This document shows, in pieces, positions 53,260-64,000 of a stretch of 64,000 nucleotides of DNA (position 1 is its first letter; every line of letters starts with the position of its first letter). Source of the stretch: the human T2T-CHM13v2.0 reference genome, Homo sapiens; NCBI RefSeq assembly GCF_009914755.1, contig NC_060947.1. One strand, 5' to 3'. Below the pieces are notes generated by a model. The model was not told the DNA's origin. It saw only the letters and a list, made by a program, of their open reading frames with translations, and made no database searches. The position numbers and the translations under genes are program-made.

Positions 53260-54852
53260 GCATAAAAGAGGCTTTTAGCATTTCATGTCAAGGAAGAACA
53301 CTTTGTTTCTCCCAAGCTATCTTGGGGAGAGGCTTGGATGCGCTGAGAGGAAAAGAAACCTGGAAAAGCTGCAGGCGTTTTCCCAGACCTGGGGATCGAG
53401 AGCAGGATGCATTTTTAATCCAGGTACATACAAAGTCAGCCACTCTTTGATGACCCAGCAGCAAGGCCACACAGGTATTTTAGTCTTGGTCCAGAGATTG
53501 GAGCACTTGCTTTGGAGTAGGGTAGAGGCCTCCGCAGCCAAAACTGTGGAAGGTGCCTCAGCAGTAGATGCTCGAACTGTGCTCATCCACTTGACAAGCC
53601 TGAGGTGGGAGAAGAACTATTACAACTGCAGTTTCTCTTGGGCAATGAGACTTGCAGCCAGGTCTAGCTTGGCAACCTGGACCTAATCTGCATGTGCCAT
53701 TGGTGGGTTCCCCACCTTACTGCACTAAGATTATTGCGCTGAGAGGGCTCTCTTTGCTCCATCCGAGGCAGGAATCCAGGCAATCGAAGTACCTCCTCAC
53801 CAGTATTCGAAGCCTGAACTGCCCCACTCTTCTTATGCAGAGATTGTGGTGCAGTGGAGTCTTCTACACCTCATGCCCAGATAAAGTTTGAGGCATCTGG
53901 AACTTCCACTCTCCTGTATTAGGAGTTTAGGCCACCCTCCAAACCCATGCAGATAACTTGGGGCCAAGGAGGTTTCCCATCTGCCCACAAAGGCACACAT
54001 CTAGGTGCTTGGTATTTTCCCACTGGATTCTGCCTCAGTGCTGGTGCTTGTGTGTGCCATTGGGGGACCCATAGGCAGGTCCGTCTGGTGCAGCCCTGCT
54101 AAACTTGTCCCTGAGCACCCTGGGGCTGAGTAGAGAGTTCCAACCCCTGTGCACTCCATGGATCAGCTCATTGTCTGAGGCAACATATAACTTCTCTCTG
54201 TAAACAGAAACCAAGTATATACCCAGCCAGTTTGACCACAGCCAGCTCTTACCCATAAACGCAATCTATTTACTTCTAGATCAAACCACACAGCCCAATA
54301 TAAAAGCTGCCATCAGTACCACATAAAGCTATAGAAGAAAAGCCAAAAGTCACTACCCAACATTTTCTACAGCCACACTTTCTGCAGAAGGGGAAAAGGA
54401 ACGGGAAAAAAAAAAAAACAATAAAATTATGGTGAAAGAAATAAAAAAATTCCTGTCCCCACAAAAATGTGTATAAAAATTAGAAGTGCCAGCATCCCCA
54501 AATGAGAAGGAATCAGCACAAGAATTCTGACACCATAAAAAATCTGAACGTAGTGATACCATTAAAGGATTACACTAGCTCTCCAGCAATGGTCCCTAAC
54601 CAAAAGGGAAATTTAGAAATGACGGATAAATAATTCAAAGCATGGATTTCAAGCAAGCTCAATGATACAAAAGACAAGGTTGAAAATCAACACAAAGGCA
54701 GGTCTAAATGAATCTAGAAAATTAAGGAAAAGATGAGCATCTTAAAGAGAAATTTATCAAAGCTTTGGAAATTAAAAACAAATACTTGAGGAATACCAAA
54801 ATACAATTGAGAGTGTTATCAATAGACTAGACCAAGTAGAAGATAGAATTTC
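53260..54852 (+). mobile_element. L1M1/L1MA-type 5'UTR plus start of ORF1 (continues at ~62022)
   Basis: Homologous to the reverse complement of 45697-48285 (compare track peptides 53285+ and 47438-). It ends agactagaccaagtagaagatagaatttc. Confidence 0.78.
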
Positions 54853-57076
54853 CTTTTTATGATAAAGAATTTTATTTATATGTTTCTTCAACTTTTATTT
54901 TAAGTTCCAGGGTACATTTGCAGGATGTGCAGGTTTGTTACATAGGTAAATGTGTGCCATTGTGATTTGCTGGACAGATCAACCCATCACCTAGGATTTT
55001 TTTTTATTTCAATAGGTTTTTGGGGAACAGGTGGTGTTTGGCTACATAAGTAAGTTCTTTGGTGGTAATTATAGATATTTTGGTGCACCTGTAACCCAAG
55101 CAGTGTACACTGTAACCAATGGGTAGTCTTTTATTCCTCACCCCCTCCCACCCTTTCCCCCAAGAACAATGTTTGGTTTTCCATTCCTGAGTTTCTTCAC
55201 TTAGAATAATGGTCTCTAATTCCATCCAGGTTGCAGCAAATGCCATTTTTTTTCCTTTTTATGGCTGGGTAGTATTTCATTATACACACACACACACACC
55301 ACACACACACACATTTTCTGTATCCACTCATTGATTGCTGAGCATTTGGGCTGGTTCCATATTTTTGCAATTGTGAATTGTTCTGCTATAAACATACATG
55401 TGCAAGTATCTTTTTCATAAAATGACTTCTTTTCCTCTGGGTAAATACCTAGGAGTTGGATTACTGGATCAAATGATAGGTCTACTTTTACTTCTTTAAG
55501 GAATCTCCATACTGTTTTCCATAGTGGTTGTACTAGTTTACATTAGCACCAATAGTGTAAAAATGTTCCCTTTTCACCACATCCACACCAATATCTATTA
55601 TTATTATTATTATGGCCATTCTTGCAGGAGCGAAGTGGTATTGCATTTGTGGCTTTCATTTGCATTTCCCTAATAATTAGTAATTTGAGCATTTTTTCAC
55701 ATGTTTGGTGGCCATTTGTATATCTTCTTTTGAGAATTGTCTATTTATGCCCTTAGCTCACTTTTTGATGGAATTGTTAAGTTTTTTTTCTTGCTGATTT
55801 TTTTTAGTTCCTTGTAGATTCTGGATATTAGTCCTTTGTTGGATGTAAAGAGTGTGAAGAATTATTCCCACTCTGTGGGTTGTCTGTTTATTCTGCTGAT
55901 TATTCCTTTTGCTGTGCAGAAGCTTTTTAGTTTAATTAAGTCCCATCTATTTATCTTTGTTTTTGTTGCATTTGCTTTTGGGTTCTTGGTCATAAAGTCT
56001 TTGCCTAAGCCAATGTCTAGAAGGGTTTTTCCAATGTTATCTTCTATAATTTTTATGGTTTTGGTTTTAGATTTAATTCTTTGATCCATCTTGAGTTGAT
56101 TTTTGTAAAAGATGAGACATGAGGATTCAGTTTCATTCTTCTACATGTGGCTCGCCAAGTATCTCAGCACCATTTGTTAAAAAGGGTGTCCTTTCCCCAC
56201 TTTATATTTTTGTTTGCTTTGTCAAAGATCAGTTGACTCTAAGTATTTAGCTTTATTTCTGGGTTCTCAATTCTGTTCTATTGGTCTAAATGTCACTTTT
56301 ATACCTGTACCATGCTGTTTTGGTGACTATGACCTTATAGTATAGTTTGAAGTCTGGTAATGGGATGCCTCCAGATTTGTTCTTTTTACTTAGTCTTGCT
56401 TTGGTTATGCTGGCTCTTTTTTTGGTTTTATATTAATTTTGAGATTGTGTTTTCTAGTTCTGTGAAGAATGATGGTGGTATTTTGATGGGAATTGCACTG
56501 AATTTGTAGATTGCTTTTGGCAGTATGGTGATTTTCACAATACCAGTTCTACCCATCCATGAGCATGGGATGTGTTTGTATTTGTTTCTGTCATCTGTGA
56601 TTTCTTTCAGCAGTGTTTTGTAGTTTTCCTTGTAGAGGTCTTTCACCTTTTAGGTTAAGTATATTCCTATGTTTTTTTTTTTTTTTTTGCAGCTATTGTA
56701 TCAGGGGTTGAATTCCTGATTTGATTCTCAGCTTGGTGAATGTTGGTGTATAGCAGAGCTACTGATTTGTGTATATTAATTTTGCATTCTGAAACTTTGC
56801 TGAAACATTTGTCAGTTCTGGGAGCTTTTTGCATGAGTCTTTCAGATTTTTTATGTATGCTACCATGTCATCAGGAAATAGCGACAGTCTGACTTTCTCT
56901 TTATTGATTTGGATGCCTTTTATTTCTTTCTCTTGTCTGATTGCACTGGCTAGGACTTCCAGTACTATGTTGAATAAAAGTGGTGAAAGTGGGCATTCTT
57001 GTCTTGTTCCAGTTCTCAGGCGGAATGCTTTCAACTCTTCCCTGGTCAGTATTATGTTGGTTGTTAGTTTGTTTTA

Positions 57077-57078
57077 TA

Positions 57079-57161
<83 letters not shown>
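57077..57161 (+). repeat. Compound (TG)n(TA)n(GA)n microsatellite
   Basis: Direct reading; it lies inside the L1PB ORF2. Confidence 0.95.
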
Positions 57162-57163
<2 letters not shown>

Positions 57164-58699
57164 AGTTATTACCTTAAGGTATGGCCCTTCTAAGGCAATT
57201 TTGCTGAGGGTTTTAATCATAAATGAATGTTGGATTTTGTGAAATGCTTTTTCTCCATCTATTGAGATAATCATGTGGTTTTTAATTCTGTTTATGTGGT
57301 GCATCACAATTATTGACTTGTGTATGTTAAACCATCCCTGCATCCCTTGTATGAAACTGACTTGGTCATGGTGGATTATCTTTTTGCTATCTTGTTGGAT
57401 TCGGTTAGCTAGTATTTTGTTGAGGATTCTTGTATCTATGTTGATCAAGGATATTGGTCTGTAGTTTCCTTTTTTTGTTATGTCCTTTTCTGGTTTTGCT
57501 ATTAGGGTGATACTGGTTTCATAGAATGATTTAGGGAAGATTCCCTCTTTCTCTATCTATTGGAATAGAGTAAATGGGATTGGTACCAGTTCTTCTTTGA
57601 ATGTCTGATAGAATTCAGCTGTGAATCCGTCTGGCCCTGGACTTTTTTCTGTTGGTAACTTTTTAATTACCATTTCAGTCTTGCTGCTGGTTATTGGTCT
57701 GTTTAGAGTTTCTATTTCTTTCTTGTTTAATCTAGGAGGTTTGTGTAATTACAGGAATTTATCTATTTTCTCTAGGTTTTCTAGTTTATGTGCGTGCATA
57801 AAGGTGTTCATAGTAACCTTGAATGATCTTTTGTATTTTGTGGTATTGGTTGTAATGTGTTCTGTTTCATTTCTAATTGAGCTTGTTTGAATCTTCTGTT
57901 TTTTTCTTAGTTAATCTAACTAATGGTGTATCAATTTTGTTTATCTTTTCAAATAACAAGCTTTTTATTTCATTTATTTTTTGTATTTTTTTGTTTCAAT
58001 TTCATTTAGTTCTGCTCTGATCTTGGTTATTCCTTTTCTTCTGCTGGGTTTTGGTTTGGTTTGTTCTTGTTTCTCTAGTTCCTTGAGGCGTGACCTTAGA
58101 TTGTTTATCTGTGTTCTTTCAGACTTTTTGATGTAGACATTTAATGCTATGAACTTTCCTCTTAGCACCACTTTTGCCGTATCTGAGAAGTTTTTATATG
58201 TTATGTCACAATTATCATTCAGTTCAAAAAATTTTTTAATTTCCATCTTGATTTCATTGTTGACTCAATGATCATTCAGGAGCAGATTAAATTTCCTTGT
58301 ATTTGCATAGTTTCGAGGGTTCCTTTTCGAGTTGATTTTTAATTTTATTCCACTGTAGTCTGAGAAAGTTTTTGCTATAAGATTGATTTTCTTAAATTTG
58401 TTAAAACTTGTTTTGTGGCCTATCATGTGGTCTGTCTTGGAGAATGTTCCATGTGCTGATGAATAGAATGTATAGTCTGCAGTTCTGTAAATATCTGTTA
58501 AGTCCATTTGTTCTAGGGTATAGTTTAAGTACATTGTTTCTTTGCTGACTATCTTTTTGATGACTTGTCTAGTGCTGTTAGTGGAATATTGACGTTCTCC
58601 TGTTAGTGGAATATTGAAGTTCTCCACTATTATTGTGTTGCTGTCTATCTCATTTTATGTCTAGTAGTAAGTGTTTTATAAATTTGGGAGCTCCAATGT

Positions 58700-58702
<3 letters not shown>

Positions 58703-58741
<39 letters not shown>
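58703..58741 (+). repeat. (CA)n microsatellite, ~19 units
   Basis: Direct reading. Confidence 0.95.
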
Positions 58742-58744
<3 letters not shown>

Positions 58745-61700
58745 TTAGGATTGTGATATTTTCCTGTTGGACTATATCTTTTATCATTGTATAATGTCCC
58801 TCTTTGTCTTTTTAAATTGCTGTTGCTTTAATGTTTTTCCTGTCATATATAAGAATAGCTGCTTTTGCTCACTTTTGGTGTCTGTTTTCATATATTTTCC
58901 ATCCCTTTACCTTAAGTTTATGTGAGTCCTTATGTGTCAGGTGAGTCTATTGAAGACAGAAGATACTTGGTTGGTGAATTTTTGTCCATTTTGCCATTTT
59001 GTATCTTTTAAGTTGAGCATTTAGGCCATTTATATTCAATGTTAGTATTGAGATCTGAGGTACTATTTTATTCATCATGCTATTTGTTGCCTGAAAAACC
59101 TTGTTTTTTTTTTAATGTGTTGTTGTTTTATAGGTCCTATGAGATGTATGCTTTAAGGAGATAAATTTTTCCCAGATTTAGAACTCCTTTTAGCAGTTCT
59201 TGTAGTGCTGGCTTGGTAAGTGGTAAATTCTCTCAGCATTTGTTTGTCTGAAAAAGACTGTATCTTTCCTTCATTTATGAAGCTTAGTTTTACTGGATAC
59301 AAAATTCTTGGCTGATAATTGTTTTGCTTAAGGAGGCTAAAGATAGGACCCCAAAGCCTTCTAATTTTTAGGGTTTCTGTTCAGAAAGTGTTTTTTTAAA
59401 AAGGTTACCTGATGTTTTTGCCTCACAGCTCTTAAGATTATTTTCATTGTCTTGACTTTAAACAATCTGATTACTATATGCCTAGGCAATGGTGTTTTTG
59501 CGATGAATTTCTCAGGTGTTCTGTGAGCTTCTTGTATTTGGATGTCTAGATCTCTAGCAAGGTTGGGGAAGTTTTCCTCAATATTCCCTTAAATATATTT
59601 TCCAAACTTTTAGATTTCTTCCTCAGGAACACCAATTATACTTCAGTTTGGTCACTTAACATAATCCCAAACTTCTTGGAGGCTCTTTAAATTTTTTAAA
59701 TTCTTTTTACTTTGTCATTGTCAGATTGGGTCAATTTGAAAAACTTGGCTTCAAGCTCTAAAATTCTTCCTCTTCCTTGTTCAATTATGCTGCTGAGACT
59801 TTTCAGTGCATTTTTCAATTTTCTAGGCATGTCCTTCATTTCCAGAAGTTGTAATTGTATTTTAATTATGCTGTCTATTTCACTAGAGATTTTTTCCTTT
59901 AATATCTTACAGTGTTTTTTTTTTTCATTTCTTTAAGTTGGACTTCACCTTTCTCTGGTGCGTTTTTGATTGGCTTAATGGTCGACTTCCTGAATTATTT
60001 CTCTGGCAATTCAGAGATTTCGTCTTGGTTTAGATCCATTGCTGGTTAGCTAGTGCAATCTTCTGGGGGTGTTATAAAACCTTGCTTTGTCATATTAGCA
60101 GAATTGTTTTTCTGGTTCCTTCTCATTTGGGTAGACTATGACAGAGGGAAAATCTGGGCCTCAAAGGCTGCTGTTCAGATTCTTTTCTCCCATGGGATAC
60201 TCCCTTGATGTGGTTCTCTCCCCTTTTTCTTAGGATTAGGGCTGCCTGAGAGCTGAACTGCAATGATTGTTATTTCTCTTGCAGATCTAGCCACCCAGTG
60301 GAGCTACCGGGCTCTGGGCTGGTACTGGGGAGTGTCTGCAAAGAGTCCTGTGATGTGATCTAACTTCACACCTCTCAGCACTTTCAAGAGCACATCAGCT
60401 GTGGTAGTTTAGGGAGGATCAGGTGGTGGGCAGGGCCATAGAGCTCCCAAGATGTTATGTTCTTTGTCTTCAGCTAACAGGGCAGGTAGACAAAGACCAT
60501 CAGGCAGGTGCAGGGTAAGGTAAGCCTGAGCTCACACTCTCATTGGGCTGGGCTTCCTGTGGCTGTTGTGGGGGATGGGGTCGTGGCTCCCAGGCCAATG
60601 GAATTATGTTCCCAGGGGGATTATGACTGCCTCTGTTATGTCACACAGGTCACCAGGGCAGTGGGGAAAAGCTGGAAGCCACAGGCCTCACCCAGCTCCG
60701 ATGCAACCCACAGCTCAAAAGGTGGTCTCACACCCACAATGCACCCACCCAACAGCACCAAGTTGATTTCCAGGCAGCCAGTTAGCAGGGCTGAGAAATT
60801 TCTCCCCCCATCACCTAGGTATTAAGCCATGCATCCATTAGCTATTCTTCCTGATGCTCTCCTTTTCCCCAGCCCCCTCAATGCCCCCAGTGGGTGGTGT
60901 TCCCCTCCCTGTGTCCATGTGTTTTCATCATTCAGCTCCCATTTATAAGTAAGAACATGAGGTGTGTGGTGTTCTGTTCCTGCATTAGTTTGCTGAGGAT
61001 AATGGCTTTCAGCTTCATCCATGTCCCTGCAAAGGACATGATCTTGTTCCTTTTTAAGGCTGCATAGTATTTCATGGTGTACCACATTTAAAAAAATCCA
61101 TTCTATCATTGATGGGCATTTGGGTTGATTCCATGTCTTTGCTGTTGTGGATAGTGCTGCAATGAACATGCATGTGCATGTATCTTTATAATAGAATGAT
61201 TTATATTTTTTGGATACATACCCAGTAATGGAATTGCTGGGTCAAATGATAATTCTGCTTCTAGATCTTTGAGAATTGCCACACTGTCTTCCACAATGGT
61301 TGAACTAATTTACACTCCCACCAACAGTGTAAAATTGTTCCTCTTTTTCTCTGCATCCTTACCAGCACCTGTTGTTTCTTGACTTTTTAATAATTGCCAT
61401 TCTGACTGGTGTGAAATGGTATCTCGTTGTGGTTTTAATTTGCATTTCTCTAATGATCAGTGATGTTGAGCTTTTTTATATATGTTTGTTGGCCACATGA
61501 ACGTTGTCTTTTGAAAAGTGTCTGTTCATGTATTTTGCCACTTTCTAATGGGGTTATTTTTTTCTTGTAAATTTGTTTAAGTTTCTTGTAGACTCTGGAT
61601 ATTAGACCTTTGTCAGATGAATAGATTGTAAAAATTTTACCCCATTCTGTAGGTTGTCTGTTCAGCCTGATGATAGTTTATTTTGTTGCGCAGCAGCTCT

Positions 61701-62021
61701 TTCAGCTCTTTAGTTTAATTAATTCCCATTTGTCAATTTTTTCTTTTGTTGCAATTGCTTTTGGCAATTTTGTCATGAAATATTTGCCCGTGCCTATGTC
61801 CTGAATGGTATTGCCTAGATTTTCTTCTAAGACTTTTATAGTTTTGGATTTTACATTTAAGTCTTTAATCCATCTTAAGTTAATTTTTTTATAAGGTGAT
61901 AAGAAGGGATCCAGTTTCAATTTTCTGCATATGGCTAGCCTGTTCCCCCAGCACCATTTATTAAATAGAAAATTATTTCCCTATTGTTTGTTTTTGCCAG
62001 GCTTGTTGAAAATCTCATCTT

Positions 62022-64000
62022 TGAAAAAATAATTTCTGAGCTTGAATTTCAGTCTTTTGAACTAACCCAATCAGACAAATATAAAGAAGAAAAAAATTAA
62101 AGCATGAGCAATGTCTTTGAGAAATATGACATTGTGGAAAGCAACCAAACCTGCCAATGACTGGCATGCCTGAGAGAGAAAGAGAAAAGGCAAACAAACT
62201 GAAAAATATATTTGAGGCAATAATCCAAGAAAACTTACCTAATCTTGCTAAATAGGTATACATCCAGATTTAAGAAATCAAGAGAACACCTGTGAAATAC
62301 TATGCAAAATAAAATTCACCAACACATATAGCCACCAGACTGTCCAATGTCATCACTAAGAAAAATTCTTAAAGGTAGCTAGAGAAAAATGGCAGATCAC
62401 ATACAAATGTACCCCAATCAGGCTAAGAGAGGACTACTTAGCAGGAACCTTTCAAGCCAGGAGTGATTGTGAGGCTTATTTTTAGCATTCTTAAAGAACA
62501 GAAATTTCAACCAAGAATTTCATATCCCTCCAAAGATATTTTATGTCTTTGCTATTGTGAATAGTGCTGCAATGAACATACATGTGCATGTATCTTTATA
62601 ATAGAATGATTTATATATATACACTACATAAGCAAAGGATAAATAAAACCTACTCCAGACAAGCAAGTACTAAGGAAATTTATTATCACTAGATTAGCCT
62701 TGCAAGAGCTCCTTAAGGGAGTTCCACATATGGAAACAAGAGAAAGATACCTGCTACCACAAAAACATACTTAAGTACACGGCCCACAGACCCTATAAAG
62801 CAACCATATAATAGAAACTACAAAGCAACCAGGTAACAACTTTGCAGTAGGATTATAACCTCACATACCAATATTAACCTTGAATGTAAATCATCTAAAT
62901 GCCACAGTTACATGTCACAGGCTGGCAAGTTGTATAAACAAACAAACAAAGAAACAAAAAAACAAGATCCATTCATCTGCTGTCTTCAAGAGACCATTTG
63001 ACACAAGGCTCAATGTAAAGGATTGAAGAAAAATCTATCATGCAAAGTGAACACAAAAAAGAGCAGGGGTCAATATTGTTATAAGAGACAAAACAGACTT
63101 TAAAGCAACAACAGTTAAAAATAGGAAAAAGAAAAGCATTGCATAAAGATAAAGGGTTCAATTCAACAAGGAGACCTAACTATACTAAATATGTATACAC
63201 TAAATATTGGAGCACCCAGATTTATAAAACAAGTACTTCTAGACTTTAGAAAAAAAAACTTACACAGCCACACAATAATAATGGGGCACTCTAAATTCCC
63301 ACTGAAAGCACTCACAGATCATCAAGACAGAAAACTAACAAAGACATTCTGGACATAAATTCAAGTCTTGGCCAATTGGTTAAAACAGACATCTACAGAA
63401 TACTTCATCCATCAACCCCAGAAAAAACATCCTTCTCATCTGCACACAGAGCATACACCAAGATTGACCACATGCTCAGCCATAAAGCAAGTCTAAAATA
63501 AGTAATAAAAATTGAAATTATACCAGCCATACTCTTAGAACACAGTGAAATGAAAACTAAAATCAATACCAAGAAGAGCTATGAAAACCACACAATTACA
63601 AGGAAATTAAACAACTTACTCTTAATGACTTTGGGGTAAACAATAAAATTAAGACAGAAATAAAAAATTATTTGAAATAAATGAAAACAGAGACATGACA
63701 TACAAAAACTTTTTGGATGCAGCAAAAGTGGTATTAAAAGGGAAGTTTATAGTGCTAAGCACTTACTGCAAAAAGCTAGATTCAAATTAGTGATCTAAAA
63801 TCACACCCAGGGGAATTAGAAAAACAAAACAAAACAAAACAAAAACTAACCCCAAATTTAGCAGAAAAAAATGAATAACTAAAATCAGAGGACAACTAAA
63901 TAAAACTGAGACCAAAAATCCTATACAAAGAACAAATGAAACCAAAAGTTGATTCATTAAAAGGATGAACAAGACCAATAGACAGCTAGCTATATTAAAA
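62022..64000 (+). mobile_element. Continuation of the L1M1-type element: ORF1 remainder and ORF2 endonuclease region, decayed; runs off the window end
   Basis: It resumes aatttctgagcttgaa...gaactaacccaatcagacaaa where 54852 stops. aaatttcaaccaagaatttcatatcc is ORF1; ggagcacccagatttataaaacaagtac is EN. Confidence 0.82.

Larger units (their letters stand above)
54996..60806 (-). mobile_element. L1PB (L1PB2-like) ~5.8 kb with partial L1PBa-type 5'UTR
   Basis: Poly-T followed by tttcaataggtttttggggaacaggtggtg; ORF2 peptides (LFPDDMVAY); 5'UTR homologous to ~11930-12900. The 13-bp TSD cccatcacctagg is at 54983-54995 and 60807-60819. Confidence 0.92.
54853..62015 (-). mobile_element. L1PA10-12-like 3' portion in two pieces (54853-54995, 60807-62015)
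   Basis: The antisense 3'UTR cagatcaacccatcacctagg|tattaagcc...ccattagctattcttcctgatgctctcc is continuous across the nested L1PB. Confidence 0.88.

Noticed and set aside
56829-57448. ORFs with YI/ER/SL dipeptide runs
   Set aside because: These are translations of the compound microsatellite within a dead L1.
62015-64000. Twin-priming inversion of the minus-strand L1PA ending at 62015
   Set aside because: The plus-strand sequence continues the older L1M ORF1 interrupted at 54852, so nesting explains it better.

Overview
This is primate genomic DNA (AluY, L1PA and LTR2/HERV-E point to a catarrhine, human-like genome), AT-rich, CpG-poor and gene-poor. I can support no intact host protein-coding gene, RNA gene or CRISPR array. 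By my hand-drawn boundaries about 41 kb of 64 kb (~64%) is LINE-1. That includes one full-length, dead L1PA5-like element with a 15-bp TSD, two long L1PB copies, L1PA10-16 copies and two L1M1-type 5' ends, many of them nested. The rest is Alu, MIR, L2, L3/CR1, MaLR, two ERV1 solo LTRs, Tigger4a and short unique stretches. Nearly all longer ORFs in the track are decayed L1 ORF1/ORF2 pieces or their antisense shadows. The observations most worth following are: (1) a fossil Ty3/Gypsy (sushi-like) integrase at ~27945-29780 on the minus strand; (2) a near-perfect 120-bp hairpin (56-bp arms) patched into an L1 3' end at 46402-46521; (3) a tailless, 5'-UTR-only L1PA7/8 insertion with a perfect 17-bp TSD at 40901-42260; (4) a 1.3-kb hAT transposon with TIR-like ends, an 8-bp TSD and a readable dimerization-domain remnant; (5) an L1PB inside an L1PA inside an L1M; and (6) a candidate 78-nt exon at 49038-49115. 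Subfamily names come from recalled consensus sequences, not from a search. I see no convincing evidence for a wholly new biological system.
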